53,703 nucleotides of DNA from a bacterium (lineage in GTDB: Bacteria; UBP6; UBA1177; JAGLDR01). Below are positions 25,094 to 32,942 of the stretch, piece after piece. A program made the translations under genes and the position numbers. Positions within the stretch are counted from its first letter, which is position 1; every line of letters starts with the position of its first letter. Location of the stretch: positions 1 through 53,703 of the forward strand of contig JAGLDR010000092.1 in the NCBI GenBank assembly GCA_023145475.1. Direction: 5' to 3'. The notes below the pieces were generated by a model that ran no database searches, was not told the DNA's origin, and worked only from the letters and a program-made list of their open reading frames with translations.

Positions 25094-25392
25094 ATTTCAA
25101 AAAATGGGGTGTTGACAAGGTCTATCTCTATGACAATGACGGAATTGCGCTTATTTCATCTTCTAATGATGACGAGAATGGCGAGTTGTTTAATGTTGCG
25201 CATACTCTTTTAGCCTCAGAGGAGGAGTACTCCCTTTTTCATTTTGCTGGCAAAAAGATGCTTTTGACAAAAGATGCCGAGAGTCACCTGCTCATTTGCA
25301 CGATTGCTCAAGATAGCCCTTTGATGAAGGCTGTCCATTTTTTGCCTGAAATTCGGAAAGAGATTGCCTCGTTTGTGAGCGGAGAAGAATGA
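25081..25392 (+). CDS. Roadblock/LC7 (MglB-like) domain protein
   Basis: 103 aa. GVDKVYLYDNDGIALISSSNDDENGELFNVAHTLL...FHFAGKKMLLTKDAESHLLICTIAQDSPLMKAV follows the Roadblock/LC7 pattern (compare MglB, VVFLVDKNGQLISSAG...). Assigned by eye only. Confidence 0.5.
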   Translation: MEQLDFKKWGVDKVYLYDNDGIALISSSNDDENGELFNVAHTLLASEEEYSLFHFAGKKMLLTKDAESHLLICTIAQDSPLMKAVHFLPEIRKEIASFVSGEE

Positions 25393-25826
25393 AATACTAT
25401 CTCGTTGAAGGTCCCTTGATGAATCGGGTGGACCAAAGAGATGCCAATCACTACGGAACGGCAGGTATGTCAAGAGATGATATGCTACACAATATGAAAA
25501 TGCTTGCAGAGAGTAATGGTGTTGAGTTTGATTCGTTCCAATCGGATATTGAAGGCGAGATTGTTTCGTTTATAGCGTCGTTGTCTGATGCTGATGGGCT
25601 CATTGTTAATGTTGCTGGGTACACGCACACAAGTGTTGCGATTAGAGATGTTTTAGAGATGAGAAAGTTGCCGGTGGTTGAGTGCCATCTTTCTCGTCTG
25701 TTTGATAGGGAAGATTTTAGAAAGAATTCTTTGATTAATGCTGTGGCAACTGGGGTTATTTCTGGTCTTGGTTTTTTTGGTTATGAGCTGTCGCTCAGAG
25801 CACTGATGAACCTCTCTGCTGAATAA
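25389..25826 (+). CDS. aroQ: Type II 3-dehydroquinate dehydratase
   Basis: GP.MN...R....YG, FQSDIEGEIV, NVAGYTHTSVAIRD and VECHLSRLFDREDFRKNS match type II DHQase. The ATG overlaps the upstream stop (ATGA). Confidence 0.85.
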   Translation: MKYYLVEGPLMNRVDQRDANHYGTAGMSRDDMLHNMKMLAESNGVEFDSFQSDIEGEIVSFIASLSDADGLIVNVAGYTHTSVAIRDVLEMRKLPVVECHLSRLFDREDFRKNSLINAVATGVISGLGFFGYELSLRALMNLSAE

Positions 25827-25827
25827 C

Positions 25828-25857
25828 TTGACAAAGTTGGGTGTCAGAATGTATTAT
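25828..25857 (+). promoter_or_regulatory. Promoter upstream of efp
   Basis: TTGACA (25828-25833), an 18-nt spacer ending in TG, then TATTAT (25852-25857). AGGAG lies 7 nt before the efp ATG. Confidence 0.5.
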
Positions 25858-25890
25858 TCGATGGTTTAATTGAGGGCGTAAGGAGCGTTT

Positions 25891-26454
25891 ATGCAGATTC
25901 AAACTTCTGAGTTTAAAAAAGGTCTAAAGATAGAGATTGACAACACCCCATTTCGAATTGTAGAGATGTCACATATTCAACAAAAACGAAGAGCTGTTGT
26001 GAAGGTTAAGTTGAGAAACATCTTGACAGGTTCAATTGCGGAACGCACCTTTGTATCGGGTGATAGGGTCGGCAAACCCGATATAGAAGAGAAAGAGATG
26101 GAGTTTCTCTATCCCGATGGTGAGTTGCTCTATTTTATGGATAGTGAGACATACGACCAAATTGCCATTGATTCTAATCTGATAGAGGATATTGTTCCCT
26201 ATATGAAGGAGAATGAACAGGTGACTGTTCTCTTCTATAATGGACAGCCAATTTCAGCGGAATTACCCCAATTTATCTCTGTAGAAGTGAAAGAGACTGA
26301 TCCTGGGTTTAAGGGCGATACCGTTACAACATCATATAAATCAGCCCTGTTGGTGACTGGTGGAACGGTGATGGTTCCTCTGTTTTTAAACACAGGTGAC
26401 ACTATTAAAATATCAACAGGTGACTTCACCTATGTTGAGCGAGTGAAGAAATAG
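25891..26454 (+). CDS. efp: Elongation factor P (atypical modification loop)
   Basis: 187 aa. The whole length is collinear with EF-P (FKKGLKIEIDN.PF.IVE, FYNGQPISAELPQFISVEVKETDPGFKGDT, GGTVMVPLFLNTGDTIKIST..G.YVERV). The beta3-beta4 loop reads HIQQKRRAVVKVK rather than the usual KPGKG type. Confidence 0.9.
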   Translation: MQIQTSEFKKGLKIEIDNTPFRIVEMSHIQQKRRAVVKVKLRNILTGSIAERTFVSGDRVGKPDIEEKEMEFLYPDGELLYFMDSETYDQIAIDSNLIEDIVPYMKENEQVTVLFYNGQPISAELPQFISVEVKETDPGFKGDTVTTSYKSALLVTGGTVMVPLFLNTGDTIKISTGDFTYVERVKK

Positions 26455-26463
26455 CGAGGTTGC

Positions 26464-28461
26464 GTGAGCGATAAAAAGGGTGGACTAGGTTTCAGAAAAA
26501 AGCTGAAAGCTCATTCCGAAGTTGAACAGTATCAAAAGCTTATCAAAAAAGAGCCAGAAAATGAGAGAGCTTACATTCGTCTTGCAGAGCTTTATGCCCG
26601 TCTTGGTGAAGATGAGCAAGCTCTTGAGGTCTACGAACAGACTGCCTTACTTCTTGAAAAGAAGGGCTTTTTGACAAAAGCTCGAGCTATTCTCAGACAG
26701 GCTTTGGCGATTGATCCTGAGCATGGTCGCATAAATGTTTTGTTAGCAGATATTGACAGGGGCGATGGGTTAGATCGAGATGCTGCTATTCGTTATCAAA
26801 CTGCGGCAAACTACTATATTAAAATTGGTGATAAGCAGGTTGCAATTACCATTTTGAGAAAGATTATTGAGATTTTCCCAAATAATGTTCCGACGGTACT
26901 TAAACTCGGTCATCTTTTGGTAAATATGCAGATGAATCAAGATGCGGTTGCTCTGCTTGCGCCTCTTACAAAGAAACTGCAAAATACTGATCGAAAGACA
27001 GACTATATCACCATATTGAAACTACTCTATTCTGCGACTGAGGGCACAGAGCCGCTTATTGCACTGAAGTTGGTTGATACATACATCGAAAATAATGATT
27101 ATACTAAGGCACTCTCTGTGCTACAAACCATTATTATGCATGATGCAACAAATGTAGAGTATCTCAAGAGACTTGTTACACTTTTCCAACATACGGATGA
27201 GCCGGTCAAGCTCATTGCAGCATATAAACAACTTGCCTCAGCTCTTAAAAAGCATGGAAGAAATTCAGAAAAAGATGCTGTCTATCAGAAAATACTTGAG
27301 CTGAACCCAGGAGATACCGAAGCTCTTGAGGTGCTGAATGAACGCGATACATTGCGTCATATTATCAGCGATAAGATTGAGGATGCTAGTGACGATGAAG
27401 ATGATATTCTTATCGAAATTGATATGAATGAGGATGAGACGCTGTCTCCACCCCCTGATATTCTTACTCTGCCTTCGGAAGAAGAGATGTGTGAAAAGGA
27501 GATTGGTGAGAGCATTGCATTTCGGAAATACTCACTTTTTGAGAAGGCTGAAAAGGCTGTTTTATCATCTCCTCTTTGGAAAAAGTCTACAAATGCTCTG
27601 GATCAGCTGATTGAGATTGCTATCGAGCAAGATGAAGTTGAGAAGGCTTTTTCATATATGTCGATACTTATGGATCTCTTTTTAGATCGTCAGGCGATGG
27701 AAAAGGCACGAGAGCTCCTTGAAGATATGCAAAGTATGTGTGGTGAAGATGAGGGAGTCATTCACTATAGACGGCTTATAGAGGCGTTTGGACAAGATGA
27801 TGATTCTGCTGTTGAGGATACTCTATCAGAGAGCGAGAAAATGCCGACTGAGAATGATGCACTTCGCACAGAGGATATTCTTGGCGATTTGACTGATGAT
27901 AGTGCAATTCTTTCTGACGATATTATTACTGCTGATAAGAATGAAGGCACAAAAAAGCTTGATGAAGTGCTGAGTGATATTTTTGATGATGTAAAAGAGC
28001 CGCCTCAGAGCGCACTTGATGAGCTAGAGTTTTATATCTCTATTGAGGATTTTGAAAGTGCTATTATTTTGTTGCAGGATTTGCTTGCTTCATATCCTAA
28101 CTCCCTCTTTCTCTCTGAGATGAAATCAACACTTCCTGGATCTGGTGGCGAGGATATTGCAGATACTCTCACTGATGTAAGGGATTCATTGCAAGAGATG
28201 GGTGACGGAACAGCAGATAGTGACTATGATTTGGGGATGATGTATCGCTCCATGAATGTTTTTCCTGATGCTCTTATGCAGTTTTCCTCAGCTCAGCAAA
28301 AAGAGCCGAGCAATATTAAATACCGAATGGCTGTTGTCGACACACTCATAGATTTAAATCAGATTGAGAGAGCACTCTCTGAATTGGAAAGTGCGTTAGT
28401 ATTTGCCACGGACGAACAGAAAATTGAAATAGAAAATCGCCTAAAAACATTAAGAAAGTGA
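26464..28461 (+). CDS. Cytoplasmic TPR-repeat protein with acidic linkers
   Basis: 665 aa with a GTG start 4 nt after GAGG and no signal peptide. TPR-like helix pairs occur throughout (AYIRLAELYARLGEDEQALEVYEQTA, YYIKIGDKQVAITILRKIIEIFPNN, MMYRSMNVFPDALMQFSSAQQKEPSN). Two D/E-rich linkers are present and it contains SPPPD. Confidence 0.8.
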   Translation: MSDKKGGLGFRKKLKAHSEVEQYQKLIKKEPENERAYIRLAELYARLGEDEQALEVYEQTALLLEKKGFLTKARAILRQALAIDPEHGRINVLLADIDRGDGLDRDAAIRYQTAANYYIKIGDKQVAITILRKIIEIFPNNVPTVLKLGHLLVNMQMNQDAVALLAPLTKKLQNTDRKTDYITILKLLYSATEGTEPLIALKLVDTYIENNDYTKALSVLQTIIMHDATNVEYLKRLVTLFQHTDEPVKLIAAYKQLASALKKHGRNSEKDAVYQKILELNPGDTEALEVLNERDTLRHIISDKIEDASDDEDDILIEIDMNEDETLSPPPDILTLPSEEEMCEKEIGESIAFRKYSLFEKAEKAVLSSPLWKKSTNALDQLIEIAIEQDEVEKAFSYMSILMDLFLDRQAMEKARELLEDMQSMCGEDEGVIHYRRLIEAFGQDDDSAVEDTLSESEKMPTENDALRTEDILGDLTDDSAILSDDIITADKNEGTKKLDEVLSDIFDDVKEPPQSALDELEFYISIEDFESAIILLQDLLASYPNSLFLSEMKSTLPGSGGEDIADTLTDVRDSLQEMGDGTADSDYDLGMMYRSMNVFPDALMQFSSAQQKEPSNIKYRMAVVDTLIDLNQIERALSELESALVFATDEQKIEIENRLKTLRK

Positions 28462-28484
28462 TTTTCGTATTGATGGAGAGATAG

Positions 28485-29204
28485 ATGCGTTTTACTATCG
28501 TCGTTATCTATATATTATTGTTAATGGGGACGCTTAGTGCAGCGAAAATCAATCTGAGAATCGACTATCGCGCACAAGATGTGGTACATGCAACACGCGA
28601 TATTGTAAAAGATAACTATTGGGCATTTCAAATTGAGCAACCTCCAACAATTGTGGATCCTGTAAAATATTATCTCGTTCTCAATTTTAACACTGGTGTT
28701 AAGATGGATGAGACAATTTATCTTCGAGGATTTTACGCAGGCCCGCAAGAGCTTATTATTGGACATGACTCATCTATCACATTGAAGAATGAAGAGGATT
28801 TCGTTAGAGAATTTACCATTGAAGATGCAGATGGGACGACAATAAAACAGATGAGTATTGCACCGAATTCATCGGTATCGTATATGTTTGATGACCCCGG
28901 TAGCTATAGAGTTAAAGATGCACTCTATTTTTGGAATGTGGTGAAGGTAATGGTGATGGATGAAACCCAGCAGGTCTATCAAATTGATAAGCGAACCGAA
29001 AATATCACAATAAAAAATGTTACGAGTGGCTCTTATAATCTGAAAATTTATCGTGGATTAAAGTGGATATTTCAAGAGGATTTCACCCTTGTTACTCACA
29101 ATGAATTTCCGTTGAGCTATATTATTAAAGAGGGCGATGTTCTTCGGACAAATACACCGGAGACTCCGCTCGTAAATATTGGTATTGATGGGGCGCCCCT
29201 TTGA
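28485..29204 (+). CDS. Secreted beta-rich protein, unknown function
   Basis: 239 aa with signal peptide MRFTIVVIYILLLMGTLSAA and GGAGAG upstream. The segment GHDSSITLKNEEDFVREFTIED...SVSYMFDDPGSYRVKD resembles a cupredoxin-like strand pattern but has no Cu ligands. This is a weak visual call. Confidence 0.65.
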   Translation: MRFTIVVIYILLLMGTLSAAKINLRIDYRAQDVVHATRDIVKDNYWAFQIEQPPTIVDPVKYYLVLNFNTGVKMDETIYLRGFYAGPQELIIGHDSSITLKNEEDFVREFTIEDADGTTIKQMSIAPNSSVSYMFDDPGSYRVKDALYFWNVVKVMVMDETQQVYQIDKRTENITIKNVTSGSYNLKIYRGLKWIFQEDFTLVTHNEFPLSYIIKEGDVLRTNTPETPLVNIGIDGAPL

Positions 29205-29245
29205 TACTGGCTGTGTTTATATAAAAACTGATTTGGAGAAGCACC

Positions 29246-30739
29246 ATGTTTAACAATATTGGATTGAAACTCAAAGTTTTTTTCTTTATTCTCATTGTTT
29301 TTGCATTATTGTCGATTTTAGATTTTCGTCTATTTGATTCAGTGCTTTCCAAGATTCAATTGCAACAAGGACCTGAGAACACCTATCACTATATGGAGAC
29401 AGCTATTGTAAATGAGCAGTTTAAGCTTATTGCTCAGGCGTTTAGGGATTCTCGTAAAGTCGTGTTGAAAAAAGAGGCAACAAGAAAAGCTTCTTTTATA
29501 TTAGATACACACGATGTCTCACCAGATGCTCAATATCTTATTGTTGAAAAGAATGGAGCTGTCATCGCATCTAATATGACAGCACTGAATAATATGAAAG
29601 GTGTTCCCGCAGTAGATAGAGCATTAACAGAGGGCGTTGCCTCTGATGGGATTATTTCACTGAAAGGAAAGTTGTATCTTATGGGTGCTGTTCCTTTTGT
29701 TTTAAAGGGTAAAAGAAGCGAGCACTTCTTTGTGATGATAGAGATGAAGCCTGTTATGAAAATTCTTAAATCATTTCCGTTTACCTTTCCAATTAAAGCG
29801 TATTTTAATAACAAAATGGTCTACCAAACAGAGAATGATACATGGAATGATATTTTTCCTTCTCAACGAGCAGATCTTTTTAATACGGCTGAGCAAAAAC
29901 TTCTTGCATCTAACACTCAAGTTGATGTAAGTCGCTGGACAATGCTCTCTTCTTACTCACTTCCCGCTGATTTTAGAGGGACAAGCAAGCTGACTGTTAT
30001 CGCTCTTCTTAGTTTTACTCCAGGGTATGCTATGTGGAAAGATGCTCTCTATCTTACCCTTGCCTATGGACTCATTGCTGCACTTATTTCGCTTATATTC
30101 GTTTTTATTGTAACCCATGAGATTGACAGGGTTTTTAGAAGACTGTCTGCATCGCTTTCTGAGTTGAAGGTTGGCGAGAAAATAGTGGCCCGAAATTATA
30201 GCCACGGTGCGCAGATGGTAGTTTCAGCGTTGAATACACTTATTACGAAATATCTAACAAGTGGAGCATCTAGCGTCTCTCAGTCAGGCGATATGCATGA
30301 AAGCTTTGACAAGGCATCTTCAACAAGTGCCGTGCCAAGCGGTGATGGATTATCTGATTTAAATGAAGATTTTTCAACAGCAACGCAAGCAGATGATAAG
30401 GTGTCAGCTCCTATCTCATCAAATGATACTGATTTTTCATTAGATGATGATATGGGTGATACGGAAGATAACGAAAAGACCATGCTTGCATCCGATATTT
30501 CGATGCCTCCTCCTTTCGCGCAGGCGCCCAAATCTCCTTTTGATCTTTTATGGGATGAGTACCGCTCTATTAAAGTTGCCAATGGTCACCGTGCATCTGA
30601 GGCAGATAAAATAACTTTTATTAATAAACTGAAAACTCAGAAAGTTTCTATTATCGCAAAATATAACTGTAGTGATGTCAGCTTTTCTATTGAGGAAAAG
30701 GCAGGCAAAGCGGTAATTAAAGCGAAAAAAATACTCTAG
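29246..30739 (+). CDS. Two-TM sensor-like membrane protein with no recognised output domain
   Basis: 497 aa. TM1 is LKVFFFILIVFALLSILDF. A ~230-aa periplasmic region has a Cache/PDC-like pattern (YLIVEKNGAVIASN...GKLYLMGAVPF). TM2 is LTLAYGLIAALISLIFVFIVT. A short HAMP-like helix and a S/D-rich disordered region containing MPPPF follow. The conserved-looking ~65-aa C-terminal domain reads PFDLLWDEYRSIKVANGH...KYNCSDVSFSIEEKAGKAVIKAK. Confidence 0.7.
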   Translation: MFNNIGLKLKVFFFILIVFALLSILDFRLFDSVLSKIQLQQGPENTYHYMETAIVNEQFKLIAQAFRDSRKVVLKKEATRKASFILDTHDVSPDAQYLIVEKNGAVIASNMTALNNMKGVPAVDRALTEGVASDGIISLKGKLYLMGAVPFVLKGKRSEHFFVMIEMKPVMKILKSFPFTFPIKAYFNNKMVYQTENDTWNDIFPSQRADLFNTAEQKLLASNTQVDVSRWTMLSSYSLPADFRGTSKLTVIALLSFTPGYAMWKDALYLTLAYGLIAALISLIFVFIVTHEIDRVFRRLSASLSELKVGEKIVARNYSHGAQMVVSALNTLITKYLTSGASSVSQSGDMHESFDKASSTSAVPSGDGLSDLNEDFSTATQADDKVSAPISSNDTDFSLDDDMGDTEDNEKTMLASDISMPPPFAQAPKSPFDLLWDEYRSIKVANGHRASEADKITFINKLKTQKVSIIAKYNCSDVSFSIEEKAGKAVIKAKKIL

Positions 30740-30754
30740 TCAACGAAGGTGAAC

Positions 30755-31879
30755 ATGAGATTTACTTGCAATACCTGTGGATTTACCGCTTCAATTCCGG
30801 AAGAACAACAGTCATGTCCTATGTGTGGTGGCACAAATGTTTCTATAGTGGAAGAGAGTGAACAACCTTCACTTGACTCCCCAACCCCCGATGTTTTAGA
30901 TACTTCGCCTGCCACTCCGCTTGAGCCGCAGCCGATGCAAGTAGAGCCAGAAGATGTTGAAGCGAAGTCCCCTCAAAAACAATTGCCCGCTGATAATAAT
31001 GATGAAGAGCTTGCGCAGATGTTGCAAGAAATTGAAGAGGAGCAAGTTGGTGATTCTTCTTCTCATACCTCGTCTTCAACTGGAAGTAGTAAACTAATTT
31101 TTGTTGTTGGTGCCATTTTTCTCATTGTAGTAGCTGCAGGGGTCTATTTTTGGATGGGATTATCGATACCTTCAGGCCCATCAGAAGAGGAGCTCGCTCT
31201 CATCGAACAAGAAGAAGAGCAAGCAAGGCAACAAGAGCAAGATGAACAGAATATGAGAGATGAGATAGAGCAAGAAGAGAAGAGAATAGAGCAAGAGATG
31301 GCTCAGACAGAAAAACAAATTGAAGAAGAAGTAGGCAAAGAGAAAAGTGAAGAAGAAGCTGCTATCGTTCTTGCAAAACAGAAAAAACTACAGAAAAGAC
31401 GCGCATTTCTAAGAAGACGAAAAGCCAAGCTTCGCAAAAAACGGATTTCAACTCCCTCGCCCGCACCAGTAGCGGCTACTCCTACTCCTACTCCAGTACC
31501 TGTTGCACCCGCACCAGTAGCGCCTGCACCTGTTGCTCCTGTTCCAGTATCTGTTGCGCCTGTACCTGTTGCTCCTGCTCCAGCAGCGCCTACACCTACT
31601 CCAGCACCCGTTGCTCCGAAGAAACCAACATTTATGGATTTGACTAAACTGGGAAAAATAGCGATGGCTCAAAAGAAATATGGTGATGCAATCATCTTTT
31701 TTAGTCAAGCAAAGAAAATTAATCCAGGAATAGCAGTCATCTATAAATATCTTGGGATTGCATATGCGTCACAAGGAAACAATACTAAAGCATGCTCACA
31801 GTATCGTCAATATCTTCTTCTTGCACCTAATGCAAAAGACAAGTTACAAATGGAACAGGCACTCAAAGGGTGTCAATAA
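30755..31879 (+). CDS. Zn-ribbon / TM / E-Q coiled-coil / PAPV-repeat / TPR protein
   Basis: The ATG at 30755 follows GAAGG; the track uses the GTG at 30749. Domain order: CxxC...CxxC ribbon (FTCNTCGF...SCPMCGG), an acidic region, a TM helix (LIFVVGAIFLIVVAAGVYFWMGL), an EEQ-rich helix and a polybasic patch. Then come the Pro-rich repeats (PVPVAPAPVAPAPVAPVPVSVAPVPVAPAPAAPTPTPAPVAP) and a C-terminal TPR (YGDAIIFFSQAKKINPG...YKYLGIAYASQGNN). Confidence 0.7.
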   Translation: MRFTCNTCGFTASIPEEQQSCPMCGGTNVSIVEESEQPSLDSPTPDVLDTSPATPLEPQPMQVEPEDVEAKSPQKQLPADNNDEELAQMLQEIEEEQVGDSSSHTSSSTGSSKLIFVVGAIFLIVVAAGVYFWMGLSIPSGPSEEELALIEQEEEQARQQEQDEQNMRDEIEQEEKRIEQEMAQTEKQIEEEVGKEKSEEEAAIVLAKQKKLQKRRAFLRRRKAKLRKKRISTPSPAPVAATPTPTPVPVAPAPVAPAPVAPVPVSVAPVPVAPAPAAPTPTPAPVAPKKPTFMDLTKLGKIAMAQKKYGDAIIFFSQAKKINPGIAVIYKYLGIAYASQGNNTKACSQYRQYLLLAPNAKDKLQMEQALKGCQ

Positions 31880-31885
31880 GACAAA

Positions 31886-32458
31886 ATGTTAGTCAGAATT
31901 GTTTCAGGAACGCTTGGAGGTCGTCGTTGCTCCGTTCCAGCCGCAGGCGTAAGGCCAACCTCAGAAAAAGTGAGAGCAGCACTGTTTGACTCTCTTGGAT
32001 CTCTTCTTGATTTTTCAGATGCAATTTTTATCGACCCTTTTGCTGGTAGTGGTGCAATGGCCTTTGAGGCATTTAGTCGTGGGTTTTTCTCTGTTTGGGC
32101 GATAGAAAAAGATGCGAAAACAGTCAAAGTAATTGATGAGAATAGAAAGATGTTGATGGATGACACGGCACAATTCACCCTTTTGCGAGGAGACTCAACC
32201 AAGAATATTCTCCAAAGAATTAACAGAGAGATGCACTCTACTGTTGTTTTTCTTGATCCTCCATATCAGTATGCTGATGCCCTTATAGACTCTCTATTTT
32301 TTCTGCTTAAAAAATATAATATTGTAAAGGATAACGATATAGTCATTGTTGAGACCGATAAAAAGTGGACAACAAAAACAGCTTCGACTCCATTTCAGAC
32401 AAAAAAATATGGAGATACGCTACTCACATGGTTTAAAGGAGGAGAACTTCATGGCTGA
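31886..32458 (+). CDS. rsmD: 16S rRNA (guanine966-N2)-methyltransferase RsmD
   Basis: RIVSGTLGGRR...RPTSEKVRAALFDSLG, DPFAGSGAMAFEAFSRG and VFLDPPY. It sits in the conserved position upstream of coaD. Confidence 0.85.
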   Translation: MLVRIVSGTLGGRRCSVPAAGVRPTSEKVRAALFDSLGSLLDFSDAIFIDPFAGSGAMAFEAFSRGFFSVWAIEKDAKTVKVIDENRKMLMDDTAQFTLLRGDSTKNILQRINREMHSTVVFLDPPYQYADALIDSLFFLLKKYNIVKDNDIVIVETDKKWTTKTASTPFQTKKYGDTLLTWFKGGELHG

Positions 32459-32942
32459 AAAAAAACAAGCAATCTATCCAGGTAGTTTTGACCCAATTAC
32501 ATTTGGACACATTGATATAGCAAAACGAGCATTGACATTAGTGGATAACCTCATTATTGGTGTTGGCATAAATAGTGAGAAAAAGGAACTTTTTTCGGCT
32601 GACGAACGAAAGATTCTTATCAGCGAAGTGTTTAAAAATAATCCAAAGGTTTCGGTTATTTCATTTGATGGATTGCTTATCGATTTTGCGAGAGAGATAG
32701 GCGTTTTTTCGGTCCTTCGAGGATTGCGAGCGATAAGTGATTTTGAACACGAACTTCAGCTTTCGAGTCTTAATCGACATATGGATAATCGTTTTGACTG
32801 TTTCTACATGATGACAAGTGAGCAGTATTCGTATCTTAGCTCAAGCATGGTAAAAGAGATTGCACGACTGAATGGCGATGTATCTTCCCTCGTTCCCGAT
32901 AATGTATATAAAGCATTGCGTGATAAATATCATCATGTATAA
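32451..32942 (+). CDS. coaD: Phosphopantetheine adenylyltransferase
   Basis: Start trimmed to MAEKKQAIYPGSFDPITFGHIDIAKRA (T/HxGH motif), with GGAGGAG upstream. It overlaps the rsmD stop by 8 nt. Confidence 0.95.
   Translation: MAEKKQAIYPGSFDPITFGHIDIAKRALTLVDNLIIGVGINSEKKELFSADERKILISEVFKNNPKVSVISFDGLLIDFAREIGVFSVLRGLRAISDFEHELQLSSLNRHMDNRFDCFYMMTSEQYSYLSSSMVKEIARLNGDVSSLVPDNVYKALRDKYHHV

Noticed and set aside
25389-25450. A possible active-site substitution in AroQ (GPLMN where GPNLN is usual).
   Set aside because: An alignment by eye of a short N-terminal motif is not reliable. The catalytic Arg/Tyr and the HLS motif are present, so I make no functional claim.
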